Of a stretch of DNA of 64,000 bases, positions 1-10,965 are shown one piece after another. The notes beneath the pieces were generated by a model. That model saw nothing but the letters and a program-made list of their open reading frames with translations, was not told the DNA's origin and did not search any database. A program made the translations under genes and the position numbers. The stretch comes from Octopus vulgaris. Taxonomy: Eukaryota. The stretch is from assembly GCA_951406725.2 (NCBI GenBank), contig OX597819.1:124930001-124994000 (forward strand). The letters run 5' to 3'. How positions within the stretch are numbered: position 1 is the stretch's first letter; each line of letters opens with the position of its first letter.

Positions 1-410
1 TTTGTAATATCTGTGGCTGGGTGGAATTGTTTCTGCATTATTTTGAAAAATAATTTAGCTATTGGTGTGAAGACTTATATGTTGAAGAGGTGATTATACC
101 AGATAATATTCCTTTTTTTATTCTTATGTATTTTATTTATTGTGGGAGGATTGCTGTTTAAACATTGCACTTTTTCTTTTAACTGCTATCATTGTGAGGT
201 TTGTTATATTTAGTATTTTACATTTGAAGATAAAAAGGTAAGTTTGAGATTGGTTTTAATAATGCTTTTGGGATGGTTGGCTTGTTTATGTATATTCTGA
301 ATTTTTCTGTTATCTTTCTTGTATGATTTATAGATACTTGATTCCAGGGAGAGGATATCATCTAGGGACTTGACTAGCTTTAGTTGTGTTTCTACTATGA
401 TTGATCAGCC
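1..410 (-). mobile_element. Decayed Penelope-like element (PLE) RT C-terminal/linker fragment
   Basis: Minus-strand translation gives LDDILSLESSIYKSYKKDN..IHKQANHPKSIIK and KKRNIIWYNHLFN, matching the PLE 'Y.H..SNHP..I.K' and 'RNIIW.NPP' motifs; broken frames. Confidence 0.7.
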
Positions 411-425
411 CAAGTTTTGCTTATA

Positions 426-735
426 TACAAGGTGGTATCAAAAAGTTCTAGGACTAGTTATGCTTGATAAAAAAATAACTTATTTACCTAAGTTTTGACA
501 TCATCTCCTTTGAAATAGACACCTTGCGCAGCAATACACCAGTCCCAGTGTTCCTGCCACTTTTCGAATCCAGCCTCAAAGTTGTTTGTTGTAAGCAAGT
601 TGAGGGTCTTCTGTGATTCACTCTTGACCTCAGTAATGGTGTTAAGATGGTGACCTTTGAACTGCATTTTCATCTTGGAGAAGAGATGGAAGTCTGCAGG
701 TGCTAAATCTTGCAGATAGGGCAGGTGCAGAGGTG
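426..735 (-). mobile_element. Tc1/mariner transposon 3' end (transposase C-terminus plus TIR remnant)
   Basis: ORF 488-868 contains YLQDLAPADFHLF..KG..W..CIAAQGVYFKGD (mariner YSPDLAPxD...YFEGD); TIR-like TACAAGGTGGTATCAAAAAGTT at 426. Confidence 0.85.
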
Positions 736-756
736 ATACACATACACACACACATA

Positions 757-1148
757 AGTACAGGAGTGACTCTGTGGTAAGAAGCTTGCTTCCCAACTGC
801 ATGGCTTTGGGTTCATTCCCACTGCATGGCACCTTGGTCATGTGTCTTCTACTATAGCCTTTGGCCAATCAAAGCCTTGTGAGTGGATTTGATAGATGGA
901 AACTGAAGGAAGCCCATTGTATATTTATACATGTATGTATTCGTGTGTCTGTGTTTGTCCTCCCACCATCACTTGACAACTGATATTGATGTGTTTATGT
1001 TCCCAAAACTTAGCAGTTTGGCAAAAGAGGCTGAGAGAATAAGTACTAGGCTTACAAAGAATAAGTCCTGAGGTCGATTTGTCTGACTAACACAGTGCTC
1101 CAACATGGCCGCAGTCAAATGACTGAAATAAGTAAAAGAATAAAAGAA
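757..1148 (+). mobile_element. SINE family A (tRNA-like head, internal TA/TG microsatellite, AAAAGAGT-type tail)
   Basis: Matches the other family A copies; A/B-box-like head (TGTGGTAAG...GGTTCATTCCC). Confidence 0.85.
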
Positions 1149-1770
1149 TATATATATATATATATATCCATGGGTTTAAAATGATTTTAAAACTTAAGAA
1201 AACTTGTTTTTATAATTTAAAAAAAACATTAAATTTTTAGAAATTTTATTTATCCTGTTTTATTCTTTTAAGATTTTAATATTTTATTCTAACTTTAATT
1301 TTTTTACTTTCATCCAGTATCGGGGCCATTACCCTCTTATCATTTTATTATTACTCCATGGTTATTGATATTGTTATTTCTGTTATTATTTTGGTAGATT
1401 ATCTTATTAGGATCTAGTTTTTTTCATTTGCAAAATATGCATTTTTTAAAAGGAAGTAAAAAATCTGAAAATTGGCTATAATTACTATGAAGGTATGATG
1501 TTGTGGCGAAAAAAAAATTGAAGGAAAGAGTTACGGAGGTTTAAAGATCAGAAAACTCTATTTTTAGCCAACAGCAAGACAGAAATTTTCTGCGGTTAGC
1601 AGAGTGGTGTCAACTTTAAGGTTGTACCCGGTGAAATTTATAGTTTAGCGTCTGTAACATGATCTGTTCATTGTAGGTTTCTAAATAAACAGAAATACCA
1701 AATAAAATCAACATGTATCATCTTAATGTTTCTTTTGATTGTATGCTTTTATTATTTTTTTAATTTGTTA

Positions 1771-2146
1771 TCTCTATATATATAAACAGCAAAATGTCTG
1801 TGTGTGTGTGTGTGTGTCCTTTATACAAATCCACAATATTTCAGTTAGAGGGCTGGCACTTTCTATGGTCATTCAAAACCGTCCAAGGGTGGTCGTGCAT
1901 GCACATCTTTACATTTCCCAAGTCACCCAACAAAGCCATTAAAAAATCAATAGAAGTGACTTTTTTGTGAATTTTCTATCCAAAACCCAATCAAAATGCC
2001 CGAAACTTGATACGCCAATTGAATGCCAGCTACCTGTATGTGATTGGTCAGAGATTTGGACAGTACTCGCATGTATGTGCGCATGCACGCAGCTGTATAT
2101 GCATGCACTAGCACTATGACCTGGCAATGCCGGGTTATAGTGCTAG
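1771..2146 (+). mobile_element. Non-autonomous Helitron-like element
   Basis: 5' TC + TATATATATAAA + (TG)n; 3' hairpin ACCTGGC-AAT-GCCGGGT followed by CTAG|T. Confidence 0.65.
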
Positions 2147-2366
2147 TTTTAATATATTTGTCTGCATGTGTTTACTTTATACTTATTTCAGTATTATGTA
2201 TACCAGTCATGTATCTGTGTACATCATTAATAATACAAGTGCATGTGGATGTATGTATTCATATATAAGTTTATACGAACATATATGCATTCATGTGTGT
2301 GTGTGTGTGTGTGTGTTTGTGTGTGTGTGTGAATTATTTTGGTATAACACATTACTCTGCAAGTTT

Positions 2367-2922
2367 ATTCTATGGATGCCCTTCCTGACGCCAACCACTC
2401 CATGAGTGTAGTGGGTGCTTTTTACGTGCCACCGGCACAGGTGCCAGGGGAGGCTGGCAGCGGCCATGATCGGTTTGTGCTTTTAACATGCCACTGACAC
2501 AGAAGCCAGTCAAGGTGGCACTGGCATCGGCCACGTTCGGATGGTGCTTTTTACGTGACACCGGCACAGAAGCCAGTCAAGGCGGCGCTGGCATCGGCCA
2601 CATTCGGATGGTGCTTTTTATGTGACACCGGCAACAGAAGCCAGTCAAGGTGGCACTGGCATCAGCCACGTTCGGATGGTGCTTTTTACGTGACACCGGC
2701 ACAGAAGCCAGTCAAGGTGGCACTGGCATCGGCCATGTTCAGATGGTGCTTCTTACGTGACACTGGCACAGAAGCCAGTCAAGGCTGCGCTGCCACCGGC
2801 CACGTTCTGATGGTGCTTTTTACGTGCCACCGGCACAGGTATCACAACTACAATTTCCATTTGATATTTGATTTGATGTTGATGTACTTGACTAAATAGG
2901 TCTCCTCAAGCACAGCAGGTCA
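2367..2922 (-). mobile_element. RTE LINE 3'UTR fragment (family C) with ~60-bp tandem units
   Basis: Homologous to the 3'UTR of the RTE at 25126-26570. Confidence 0.8.
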
Positions 2923-3430
2923 TGTGGGTTTGAATATTTGAAGTGGTAACAAGTTTTTATTTATACACATCACTGCTTAATGTTTTCATTCCATATTTGT
3001 GTCCTGTATGCATATGCATATGTATGAACGGGTTTTGCATTTTATGCACATGTATGTGTTCGAGTGAAAGTTTTGTCATTCTGTGTATATACATGCATTT
3101 GTGAATTTTGCTATTCTTATAACATATGTGCGTGCAAATGTGAGTTTCATTCTAAATGTCATTGTTATAATTAAATTGTCCATAGATAAATAATACAGAG
3201 AAAAAAAATTATCCCATAATACTGTAAGTTGACATATTTGGAGAATACGGTAATTGATTCAGAATCAGATATTTGCATAAGATTGCAGTCAGTGCTGAAA
3301 CTAAAAGCAAAATCAAAAATTAAACTACTACTAAAGCTGCTGCTACACCACCACCACTTCTGCTGCTTGTTAGAGCTACACAACAAAACGAGGAACATAA
3401 TATACATACCGAATGATAAATACAAATGAT

Positions 3431-3773
3431 ATCCGAGTGCGATCGTTGCCAGAGCGGCCAACTGGCCTCTGTGCCAGTGGCACGTAAAAGACACCATTCG
3501 AGCGTGATCGTTACCAGCATCGCCTTACTGACACCTGTGCCAGTGGCATGTATAAAAGATTCGAGCAAGGTCTGACTGGCCCCGTGCTGGTGGCATGTAA
3601 AAGCACCCACTACACTCTCGGAGTGGTTGGTGTTAGGAAGGGCATCCAGCTGTAGAAACTCTGCCAGATTAAGATTGGAGCCTGGTGCAGCCATCTGGTT
3701 CGCCAGCCCTCAGTCATACGTCCAACCCATGCTAGCATGGAAAGCGGACGTTAAACGATGATGATGATGATGA
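3431..3773 (+). mobile_element. RTE 3' fragment (family C)
   Basis: GGCACGTAAAAG units, AGGAAGGGCATCCAGC core, (GAT)n tail. Confidence 0.85.
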
Positions 3774-4023
3774 TTGTCAGGCTGATTAGATGGGTGCCTA
3801 TTGATTGATAATAAGTTCAGCTGTGTGTTGTCTCATAATAACCAACTCCAAGAGTTCGTTGAAATAACATTTTTATTTTCATCGAAGTTTATTACAATAT
3901 TTACCCTTCTAATTGTAGCTTACCAATAGTGTGAAGTGTTCTGCTAGAAATGAATGTAGTTTGTAGTTACATTACTAACAGAAGAGTTTATCTTCATGTG
4001 AGAGGCGGGAATAATGCTTTGAC

Positions 4024-4056
<33 letters not shown>

Positions 4057-4338
4057 TTAACGTTCGCTTTCCATGCTAGCATGGGTGAAACAGTTCGACT
4101 GGGGTCTGGGAAGCCAGGAGGCTGCACCAGGCTCCAGTCTGATCTGGCAAAATTTCTACAGCTGGATGCCCTTCCTAATGCCAACCACTCCGTGAGTGTA
4201 GTGGGTGCTTTTTACATGCCAGGGGAGGCTGGCAACGGCCACGATTGGTTGGTGCTTTTTACATGCCACCGGCACGGAAGCCAGTCAAGGTGGCACTGGC
4301 ATCAGCCACATATGGAAAGGGCTTTTTACGTGCCACCT
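4024..4338 (-). mobile_element. RTE 3' fragment (family C)
   Basis: (CAT)n + TTTAACG..CCATGCTAGCATGG on the plus strand. Confidence 0.85.
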
Positions 4339-4740
4339 AGTTGAAAAATCCTTTTAACTCAGGGCTGAGCTTCAACCAAAGAAAACTTCTCCATGTAAAG
4401 GGCTTCTTTTTTGTGTGCACCTTTGGGTTGCTTTTGACTAAGAATTGGTTGGCTAACAAAAATTGTTATATTCAATTTCTGCTGAGTTCTTAATAGAACT
4501 CTGAAGTGCCAAAAGGTTCCGTTGTGCTCCTGAAAACTGGTCTTTGATGATATGTTTCATTGACTAGATCACAGAAGTGTGACAAACAGCTTTGGCACTT
4601 CAAAGTAGACAGTACCATTAAAAAAATAAAGAAAAAAAAAAAGAAATAAAGTGAATAAAATGATTTCCACATATTGTAAAAAAATTGTCAGAATGATACA
4701 AAAAACAAAAAAAAGAAGGAAAAAAGGAAAACATTATCTA

Positions 4741-4960
4741 TTTCTTTACTACCCACAAGGGGCTAAACACAGAGGGGACAAACAAGGACAAAGGGATTAA
4801 GTCGATTACATCGACCCCAGTGCGTAACTGGTACTTATTTAATCGACCCCGAAAGGATTAAAGGCAAAGTCGACCTCGGTGGAATTTGAACTCAGAACGT
4901 AGCGGCAGACGAAATACGGCTACGCATTTCGCCCGGCGTGCTAACGATTCTGCCAGCTCG
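4741..4960 (-). mobile_element. SINE family B monomer
   Basis: Reverse complement of GGCGAGCTGGCAGAA...GTCGACTTTGCCTTT..GGGGTCGAT...GTGGGTAGTAAAGAAA. Confidence 0.85.
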
Positions 4961-5414
4961 TATCAAAAGATACTGTATTGTATTCAAAACAAAAGAAAGC
5001 ATGTATGTTTTAATAAGAAACAAAAACTTTATGCTTACTCAATGCATTTCCAGAATAAAATTCATTTACAGAGTTTTAGAATAACAACAACAACAATAAA
5101 AGCTCCAATGTCTTCTTACATAATTCAATTTGAGTTTGCAATGCAAAACGTTTCTAGTTCTCCGAATGGCTCCCATATGACAGTATTCAATGACAGTTAT
5201 TTGCATAGCTGAGGACATGTAGAATAAATATAATTGAGCACTTATATAAAAGGACACCAACATAATATAAAATCAGTGGTTAATCTATTTTTGAAATGCT
5301 CATCCCTCCTTTTTCAGCCCTCGTCATTTCCTGCACTTAACTTCCCTTGCATGCGTGTGTGTGTGACAGGTTAAAAGTGATTAGCAAATATAGTGGAAGC
5401 TGCTCATTAAAATC

Positions 5415-5575
5415 ACAGATAATAGTTTCAAATTTTTGGCACAGGACCTGCAGTTTTTGAGGTGTGGGAGAAGTCGATTACACTGACCCCAATATTTGAC
5501 TGGTACCTATTTTATCAACCATGACAGGATAAAAGGTAAAGTTTATCTCAGTGGAATTTAAACACAGAATGTAGG
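5415..5575 (-). mobile_element. Old, degraded SINE B-related fragment
   Basis: AAGTCGATTACACTGACCCC...TGGTACCTATTTTATCAACC similar to family B. Confidence 0.55.
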
Positions 5576-5599
5576 TGGGATGTAGGATGGATGTTAAAA

Positions 5600-5900
5600 T
5601 TTTATTTGGTAGATAGACAGGTTTTGGGGAAATTTGGTTTCATTAATTCTTTGGAAGTAGCTAAGTAATACCACTTGCCAACCAACCAGATGTTTTCTTA
5701 GGATCTCTCATAATTTCATTGAATAGCTGAACTAACTTTTCATGTGTATACAGGAGTAATGAGAGACAGAAATTTGGCCCCCTATCTTTACCAGAGGATT
5801 TCCACTTATGAACCTTTGTGAGTGTCATCCTTATTTTGGTAGGATCCTTCTGTGCATCTAATCTAATCTGCATTTCCATTGTATGTCTTTTCATCACTCA
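5600..5900 (-). mobile_element. R4/Dong-like LINE RT N-terminal fragment
   Basis: EKLVQLFNEIMRDP..SGWLASGIT (ORF 5661-5897) continuing towards a degenerate LLPK...LP.KILTSIL segment. Confidence 0.55.
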
Positions 5901-5924
5901 AAATATTTTTTCCAAACATTTTCA

Positions 5925-6280
5925 ACTTCAAGAAAATTGAGAAAAAACTTATGATTACAAAACAGAATCACGTCAGAAAATTTATTAAGAAGTTTTGGTC
6001 CAAAACATTTAAGAATCAAGTACGATTCTCTCAAGCATAACCGACATTTGCTTAAATTAGCAAGACTGACTATTCAATAATGTAGCTCATATTCCTCCTC
6101 TTCAAATCATGAATATAGGATGCCAATATGGTAGAATTAGAGTATTTGGCATTCAAAAATGAGCTCATGTGGGCCCTATATCTCCTTTTAAAATCAGTAG
6201 TGCTCCTGCAATTCATCGTTCCTGAACATGAAATCCTCAGTTGTGAATCAATCTTAGAGGAATTGTGAACTATCATTCAA
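5925..6280 (-). mobile_element. PLE GIY-YIG endonuclease C-terminal fragment
   Basis: DFKRRYRAHMSSF..Y.NSTILASYIHDLK (ORF 6070-6276) then KCRLCLRESYLI...LLNK...CNH, the typical PLE C-terminus. Confidence 0.75.
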
Positions 6281-6329
6281 TTAGGAAAATCTGGAAACAA
6301 CATTCTTCAGTGGTTGGCATGGTGTTGAC

Positions 6330-6630
6330 TAATTATGAGTATGTACACCTGTGAAAATTGTAATTCCCCATGTGGCCTTACTACATGTGGTGATGTTACT
6401 GATGGGAAATTATGGCACTGCAAGCATTGCAAGAGGGGCAAATCTGTTCATTTTTTGAGAGAAGTAATATTTCTTTGTTCAATATCATTTTAATTGTTTA
6501 TTGTTGGTCATGAGATATGTCACAAAATGATATTATGCTCGAGTCCTCCATCAATAGTTGAACTACAGTTGTGGATTGGAGTAATTTCTGTCAGGAAGTA
6601 TGTGATGTTTGGCTCCAACAGAATTCCACG
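6330..6630 (+). mobile_element. Merlin (ISXO2/IS1595-like) transposase N-terminal fragment, decayed
   Basis: Cys-rich zinc-ribbon segment then VVDWSNFCQEVCDVWLQQN; paralogous to 7936-8330. Confidence 0.7.
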
Positions 6631-6692
6631 GATAAAAAGAACACATTTCTTCACTTTTTGACCACAATCGCCAGTGTTTATGTAGTGTACAA

Positions 6693-6980
6693 AGTATCTT
6701 TTTTCTTCAGAAATGTAAATAAACCTAATCTGTTTCTTAAACGAGGGACATATTCATACAGCACAGAATGATTTCACCTCAATTAGACATCATTGATTGG
6801 CTGAAATTGCAGAAATTGAAGGAAAAAAAACAACAAATATCTTACAAACTATAGAATTTTCTCAATAAAGCCAAGAGAAAAAGATGTTTTATAAACACAT
6901 TCTACCAGTATATGAAGTTTAAAATTTTTTAATTACTTAGAAATTATGTTAAAAACTGCCGTTCAAACCGAGAAGATCCC
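6693..6980 (-). mobile_element. Partial copy of MITE family D
   Basis: Ends with TIR AAAACTGCCGTTCAAACCGAGAAGATCCC; reverse orientation relative to 15988-16437. Confidence 0.75.
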
Positions 6981-7528
6981 AGTACTATTATCCACAGCAT
7001 CCATTATGCTGAATTTCTTCCATCTATAGCAGAAGCATATTCACAGTTTGGCTCTTTGCCTTTAGGCACCCACATTTAGGCTCATCACATGATGGGCAAG
7101 TCCCTCTAGCTTTATGCAGACTTTCTATCCCATCACGTGACAAACCGGCCAAGCGCACTATCCTCAGCTATTTAAGGGAAGATTTTCCTGCTATTTCCAG
7201 TGAGGTGAGTCGTTTTGAGTGAGTTCAGATCTTAGGCCAGAAAGCCATTTTTATTTTCGCAGGCAGCCTCAATTATTCTTTGACGCATACATTTCTTCAT
7301 CTCTCCCAGCAAAAGTTATGTCTTGTGTGTGTTTTTCCTATTCTATCCAGTATACACCATCATTATCTACCACCTGCATGTTAAACTATTTGTGTATATA
7401 TATTCTGACTCTTCCTTCAAGATGTATCACTACAGCTTTGCCGGGTTAACATTTTTTAACAAGTTGAATAAATTGTCGGACTTAATCTTGGTTTCCTCGT
7501 TCTTCCTTTATCTACATGCAGCCTTAAA

Positions 7529-7902
7529 GGGTGGTGAGCTGGCAGAATCGTTAGCATGCCGGGCGAAATGCGTAGCCGTATTTCATTTGCCGTTACATTC
7601 TGAGTTCAAATTCTGCCGAGGTCGACTTTGCCTCTCATCCTTTTAGAGTCAATAAATTAAGTACTAGTTATGCACTGGGGTCGATGTAATCGACTTAATC
7701 CATTTGTCTGTCCTTGTTTGTCCCCTCTGTGTTTAGCCCCTTGTGGGTAGTAAAGAAATAGGTATTTCGTCTGCCGCTACGTTCTGAGTTCAAATTCCGC
7801 CGAGGTCGACTTTGCCTTCATCCTTTCGGGGTCGATAAATAAAGTACTAGTTACGCACTGGGGTCGATGTAATCGACTGAATCCGCTTGTCTGTCCTTGT
7901 TT
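7529..7902 (+). mobile_element. SINE family B dimer (3'-truncated)
   Basis: Two monomers joined at AAAGAAATA|GGTATTTC. Confidence 0.85.
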
Positions 7903-7905
7903 TTT

Positions 7906-8600
7906 GCACCGGGACCACTGTTCTCATGTAGTACCTTCCTTTGGTTCCATTGGGTTTTGTTGAAGCCATAGGTTACAGACTTCACGGCAAAAATTGCACC
8001 AATCTACTACAGTAGTCGGCTGCTTATGGAACACTCATTCATAATATCTTCTCGCGACAAATCGCGGGGCCAGCAATAAATGATCAGCATGATATTGTAG
8101 AATGAAATATTTTTTTCTCTTTCGAAGAATGAACGGTGCCGAATTGATTTCTTCCTTTCACAAGTTTTACAAACCCGCGTTTTACCATCCATACAGTCAC
8201 CACATGTAGTGAGGCCACATAGTGAATTACAATTTTCGCAAGTGTACATATACTTAATCAACGCCGTACCAACTACCGAAGAATCTTGTCTTCTGATTTG
8301 CTTAATCGAGTGATATTCCAAGATTCCTTCAGAATTGATTCAGGGTTGAGGACTTTAAGTTCAGAAACAATGAATTGCGATGTCACTGGTATTCCACGTA
8401 TCATTTCGATTGATTCGAAAGTAAAGAATGGCAGAACATATTTTGGTGTAAGCAAACAGTGTGAACCTTTTTTGGAGAATGATTTCGGTGCAAGTAAAGA
8501 ATGTAGACCTATTTTGGAGAATGAGAGCTTAATTATCTTCCCCAGTTCTTATTTCCCCTTTAATTTTTATTTACTTTCTTAATCACCAGATACTAAAAGA
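7906..8600 (-). mobile_element. Merlin transposase fragment abutting a Merlin-type TIR remnant
   Basis: ORF 8007-8321 (C.NC..C...C..C...SIR..SFFE) continues as VDWCNFCREVC; 7906-7935 GCACCGGGACCACTGTTC..GTAGTACC matches the end at ~19128-19157. Confidence 0.7.
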
Positions 8601-8987
8601 TTACTATATATATATATATATATATTACTGAATTTGGCAGAAACTGCGGTATAAGAAAAGTTAAGTTTGTAAAAGTTTTTAATTTTCATCTCACTAAATT
8701 TATCCAGCTATTGTGTATCTAGTGCACTCTTCGCCTTGAATGTAATGATATATGTATAATATATGGCGTGTACTGGTACACCGGCGATTATAATTAATTT
8801 TATTGTATCGCATTTATCTTTGTTTACATATTCTCTCGATAAATTTCTGACCGTTAGACGATATACCACAATCCCCTATTTTGTCGGGTTTGTTCTGAGT
8901 CTGCGCAGTGTTTTGAATAGTTTAGAAAGAGCATTTCGATAGACGCACATGGGTCTATTGATATGGTCTTCCCATCATTAACAGGAA

Positions 8988-9060
8988 TCTTACTGAAGAG
9001 CCAGCCTGAGTAAATAAATACTATTTTTATTACTGAATTTGGCGAAACTGCGGTATAAGA
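8988..9060 (+). ncRNA. Type I hammerhead ribozyme, array copy 1
   Basis: Helix I TCTTA(8988-92)/TAAGA(9056-60); core CTGAAGA(8993-99); helix II GCCA/TGGC; GAAA(9044-47); short helix III AC-TGCG-GT; cleavage triplet GUA (cut after 9055). Confidence 0.85.
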
Positions 9061-9391
9061 AAAGTTAAGTTTGTAAAAGTTTTTAATTTTCATCTCACTA
9101 AATTTATCCAGCTATTGTGTATCTAGTGCACTCTTCGCCTTGAATGTAATGATATATGTATAATATATGGCGTGTACTGGTACACCGGCGATTATAATTA
9201 ATTTTATTGTATCGCATTTATCTTTGTTTACATATTCTCTCGATAAATTTCTGACCGTTAGACGATATACCACAATCCCCTATTTTGTCGGGTTTGTTCT
9301 GAGTCTGCGCAGTGTTTTGAATAGTTTAGAAAGAGCATTTCGATAGACGCACATGGGTCTATTGATATGGTCTTCCCATCATTAACAGGAA

Positions 9392-9464
9392 TCTTACTGA
9401 AGAGCCAGCCTGAGTAAATAAATACTATTTTTATTACTGAATTTGGCGAAACTGCGGTATAAGA
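9392..9464 (+). ncRNA. Type I hammerhead ribozyme, array copy 2
   Basis: Same sequence as copy 1, offset +404. Confidence 0.85.
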
Positions 9465-9795
9465 AAAGTTAAGTTTGTAAAAGTTTTTAATTTTCATCTC
9501 ACTAAATTTATCCAGCTATTGTGTATCTAGTGCACTCTTCGCCTTGAATGTAATGATATATGTATAATATATGGCGTGTACTGGTACACCGGCGATTATA
9601 ATTAATTTTATTGTATCGCATTTATCTTTGTTTACATATTCTCTCGATAAATTTCTGACCGTTAGACGATATACCACAATCCCCTATTTTGTCGGGTTTG
9701 TTCTGAGTCTGCGCAGTGTTTTGAATAGTTTAGAAAGAGCATTTCGATAGACGCACATGGGTCTATTGATATGGTCTTCCCATCATTAACAGGAA

Positions 9796-9868
9796 TCTTA
9801 CTGAAGAGCCAGCCTGAGTAAATAAATACTATTTTTATTACTGAATTTGGCGAAACTGCGGTATAAGA
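9796..9868 (+). ncRNA. Type I hammerhead ribozyme, array copy 3
   Basis: Same sequence as copy 1, offset +808. Confidence 0.85.
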
Positions 9869-10199
9869 AAAGTTAAGTTTGTAAAAGTTTTTAATTTTCA
9901 TCTCACTAAATTTATCCAGCTATTGTGTATCTAGTGCACTCTTCGCCTTGAATGTAATGATATATGTATAATATATGGCGTGTACTGGTACACCGGCGAT
10001 TATAATTAATTTTATTGTATCGCATTTATCTTTGTTTACATATTCTCTCGATAAATTTCTGACCGTTAGACGATATACCACAATCCCCTATTTTGTCGGG
10101 TTTGTTCTGAGTCTGCGCAGTGTTTTGAATAGTTTAGAAAGAGCATTTCGATAGACGCACATGGGTCTATTGATATGGTCTTCCCATCATTAACAGGAA

Positions 10200-10272
10200 T
10201 CTTACTGAAGAGCCAGCCTGAGTAAATAAATACTATTTTTATTACTGAATTTGGCGAAACTGCGGTATAAGA
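10200..10272 (+). ncRNA. Type I hammerhead ribozyme, array copy 4
   Basis: Same sequence as copy 1, offset +1212. Confidence 0.85.
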
Positions 10273-10437
10273 AAAGTTAAGTTTGTAAAAGTTTTTAATT
10301 TTCATCTCACTAAATTTATCCAGCTATTGTGTATCTAGTGCACTCTTCGCCTTGAATGTAATGATATATGTATAATATATGGCGTGTACTGGTACACCGG
10401 CGATTATAATTAATTTTATTGTATCGCATTTATCTTT

Positions 10438-10470
<33 letters not shown>

Positions 10471-10476
<6 letters not shown>

Positions 10477-10965
10477 CAAAATAAGCAACAAGTATATCCG
10501 AGGTAGAGTAGTACAATTGTTTCATGCTACTTCATTTTATTAAACACTGTAAGTATTACATCAGTTTTAAAATGTCGAGCAATCTTCAGCCACTTATAGA
10601 AATTTTCCAATCAAACGGACAATGCACATTCTTATCTCTATTTCGTTTGCCAACATATATATATATATATATCTACCCTCTTTGTAATGTTGGCAAATGA
10701 AATAGCGATAAGAATGTGCATTGTCAGTTTAATTGGAAAATTCTATATGTGGCTGAAGATTGCTCGACATTTTAAAACTGATGTAATACTTACACTGTTT
10801 AATAAAATGAAGTAGCATGAAACAATTGTACTACACTACCTCAGATATACTTGTTGCTTATTTTGATTATAATCACCCCATTGATTTATATGGATAATAC
10901 CATACAAAATTCTGGTGCCTTTAACTTAAGTACCATATTCATCTGAATCTAAACTTTGCTGAACT
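10471..10965. repeat. ~185-bp inverted repeat with 3' extension, embedded in (TA)n
   Basis: 10471-10656 is the near reverse complement of 10687-10871. Confidence 0.9.

Larger units (their letters stand above)
8623..10441 (+). repeat. 404-bp tandem array (~4.5 units), each unit carrying a type I hammerhead ribozyme: retrozyme / PLE pseudo-LTR multimer
   Basis: Period 404 (identical 79-aa ORFs at 8854, 9258, 9662, 10066); flanked by (TA)n on both sides. Confidence 0.95.

Noticed and set aside
488-868. 126-aa protein gene
   Set aside because: Chimeric read-through from an antisense SINE head into a mariner C-terminus.
8854-10305. Four identical 79-aa ORFs as a tandem gene cluster
   Set aside because: They are antisense to the hammerhead, have no recognisable domain and simply reflect the 404-bp periodicity.
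8623-10441. CRISPR-like array
   Set aside because: Units are identical throughout with no unique spacers; eukaryotic context, no cas genes.
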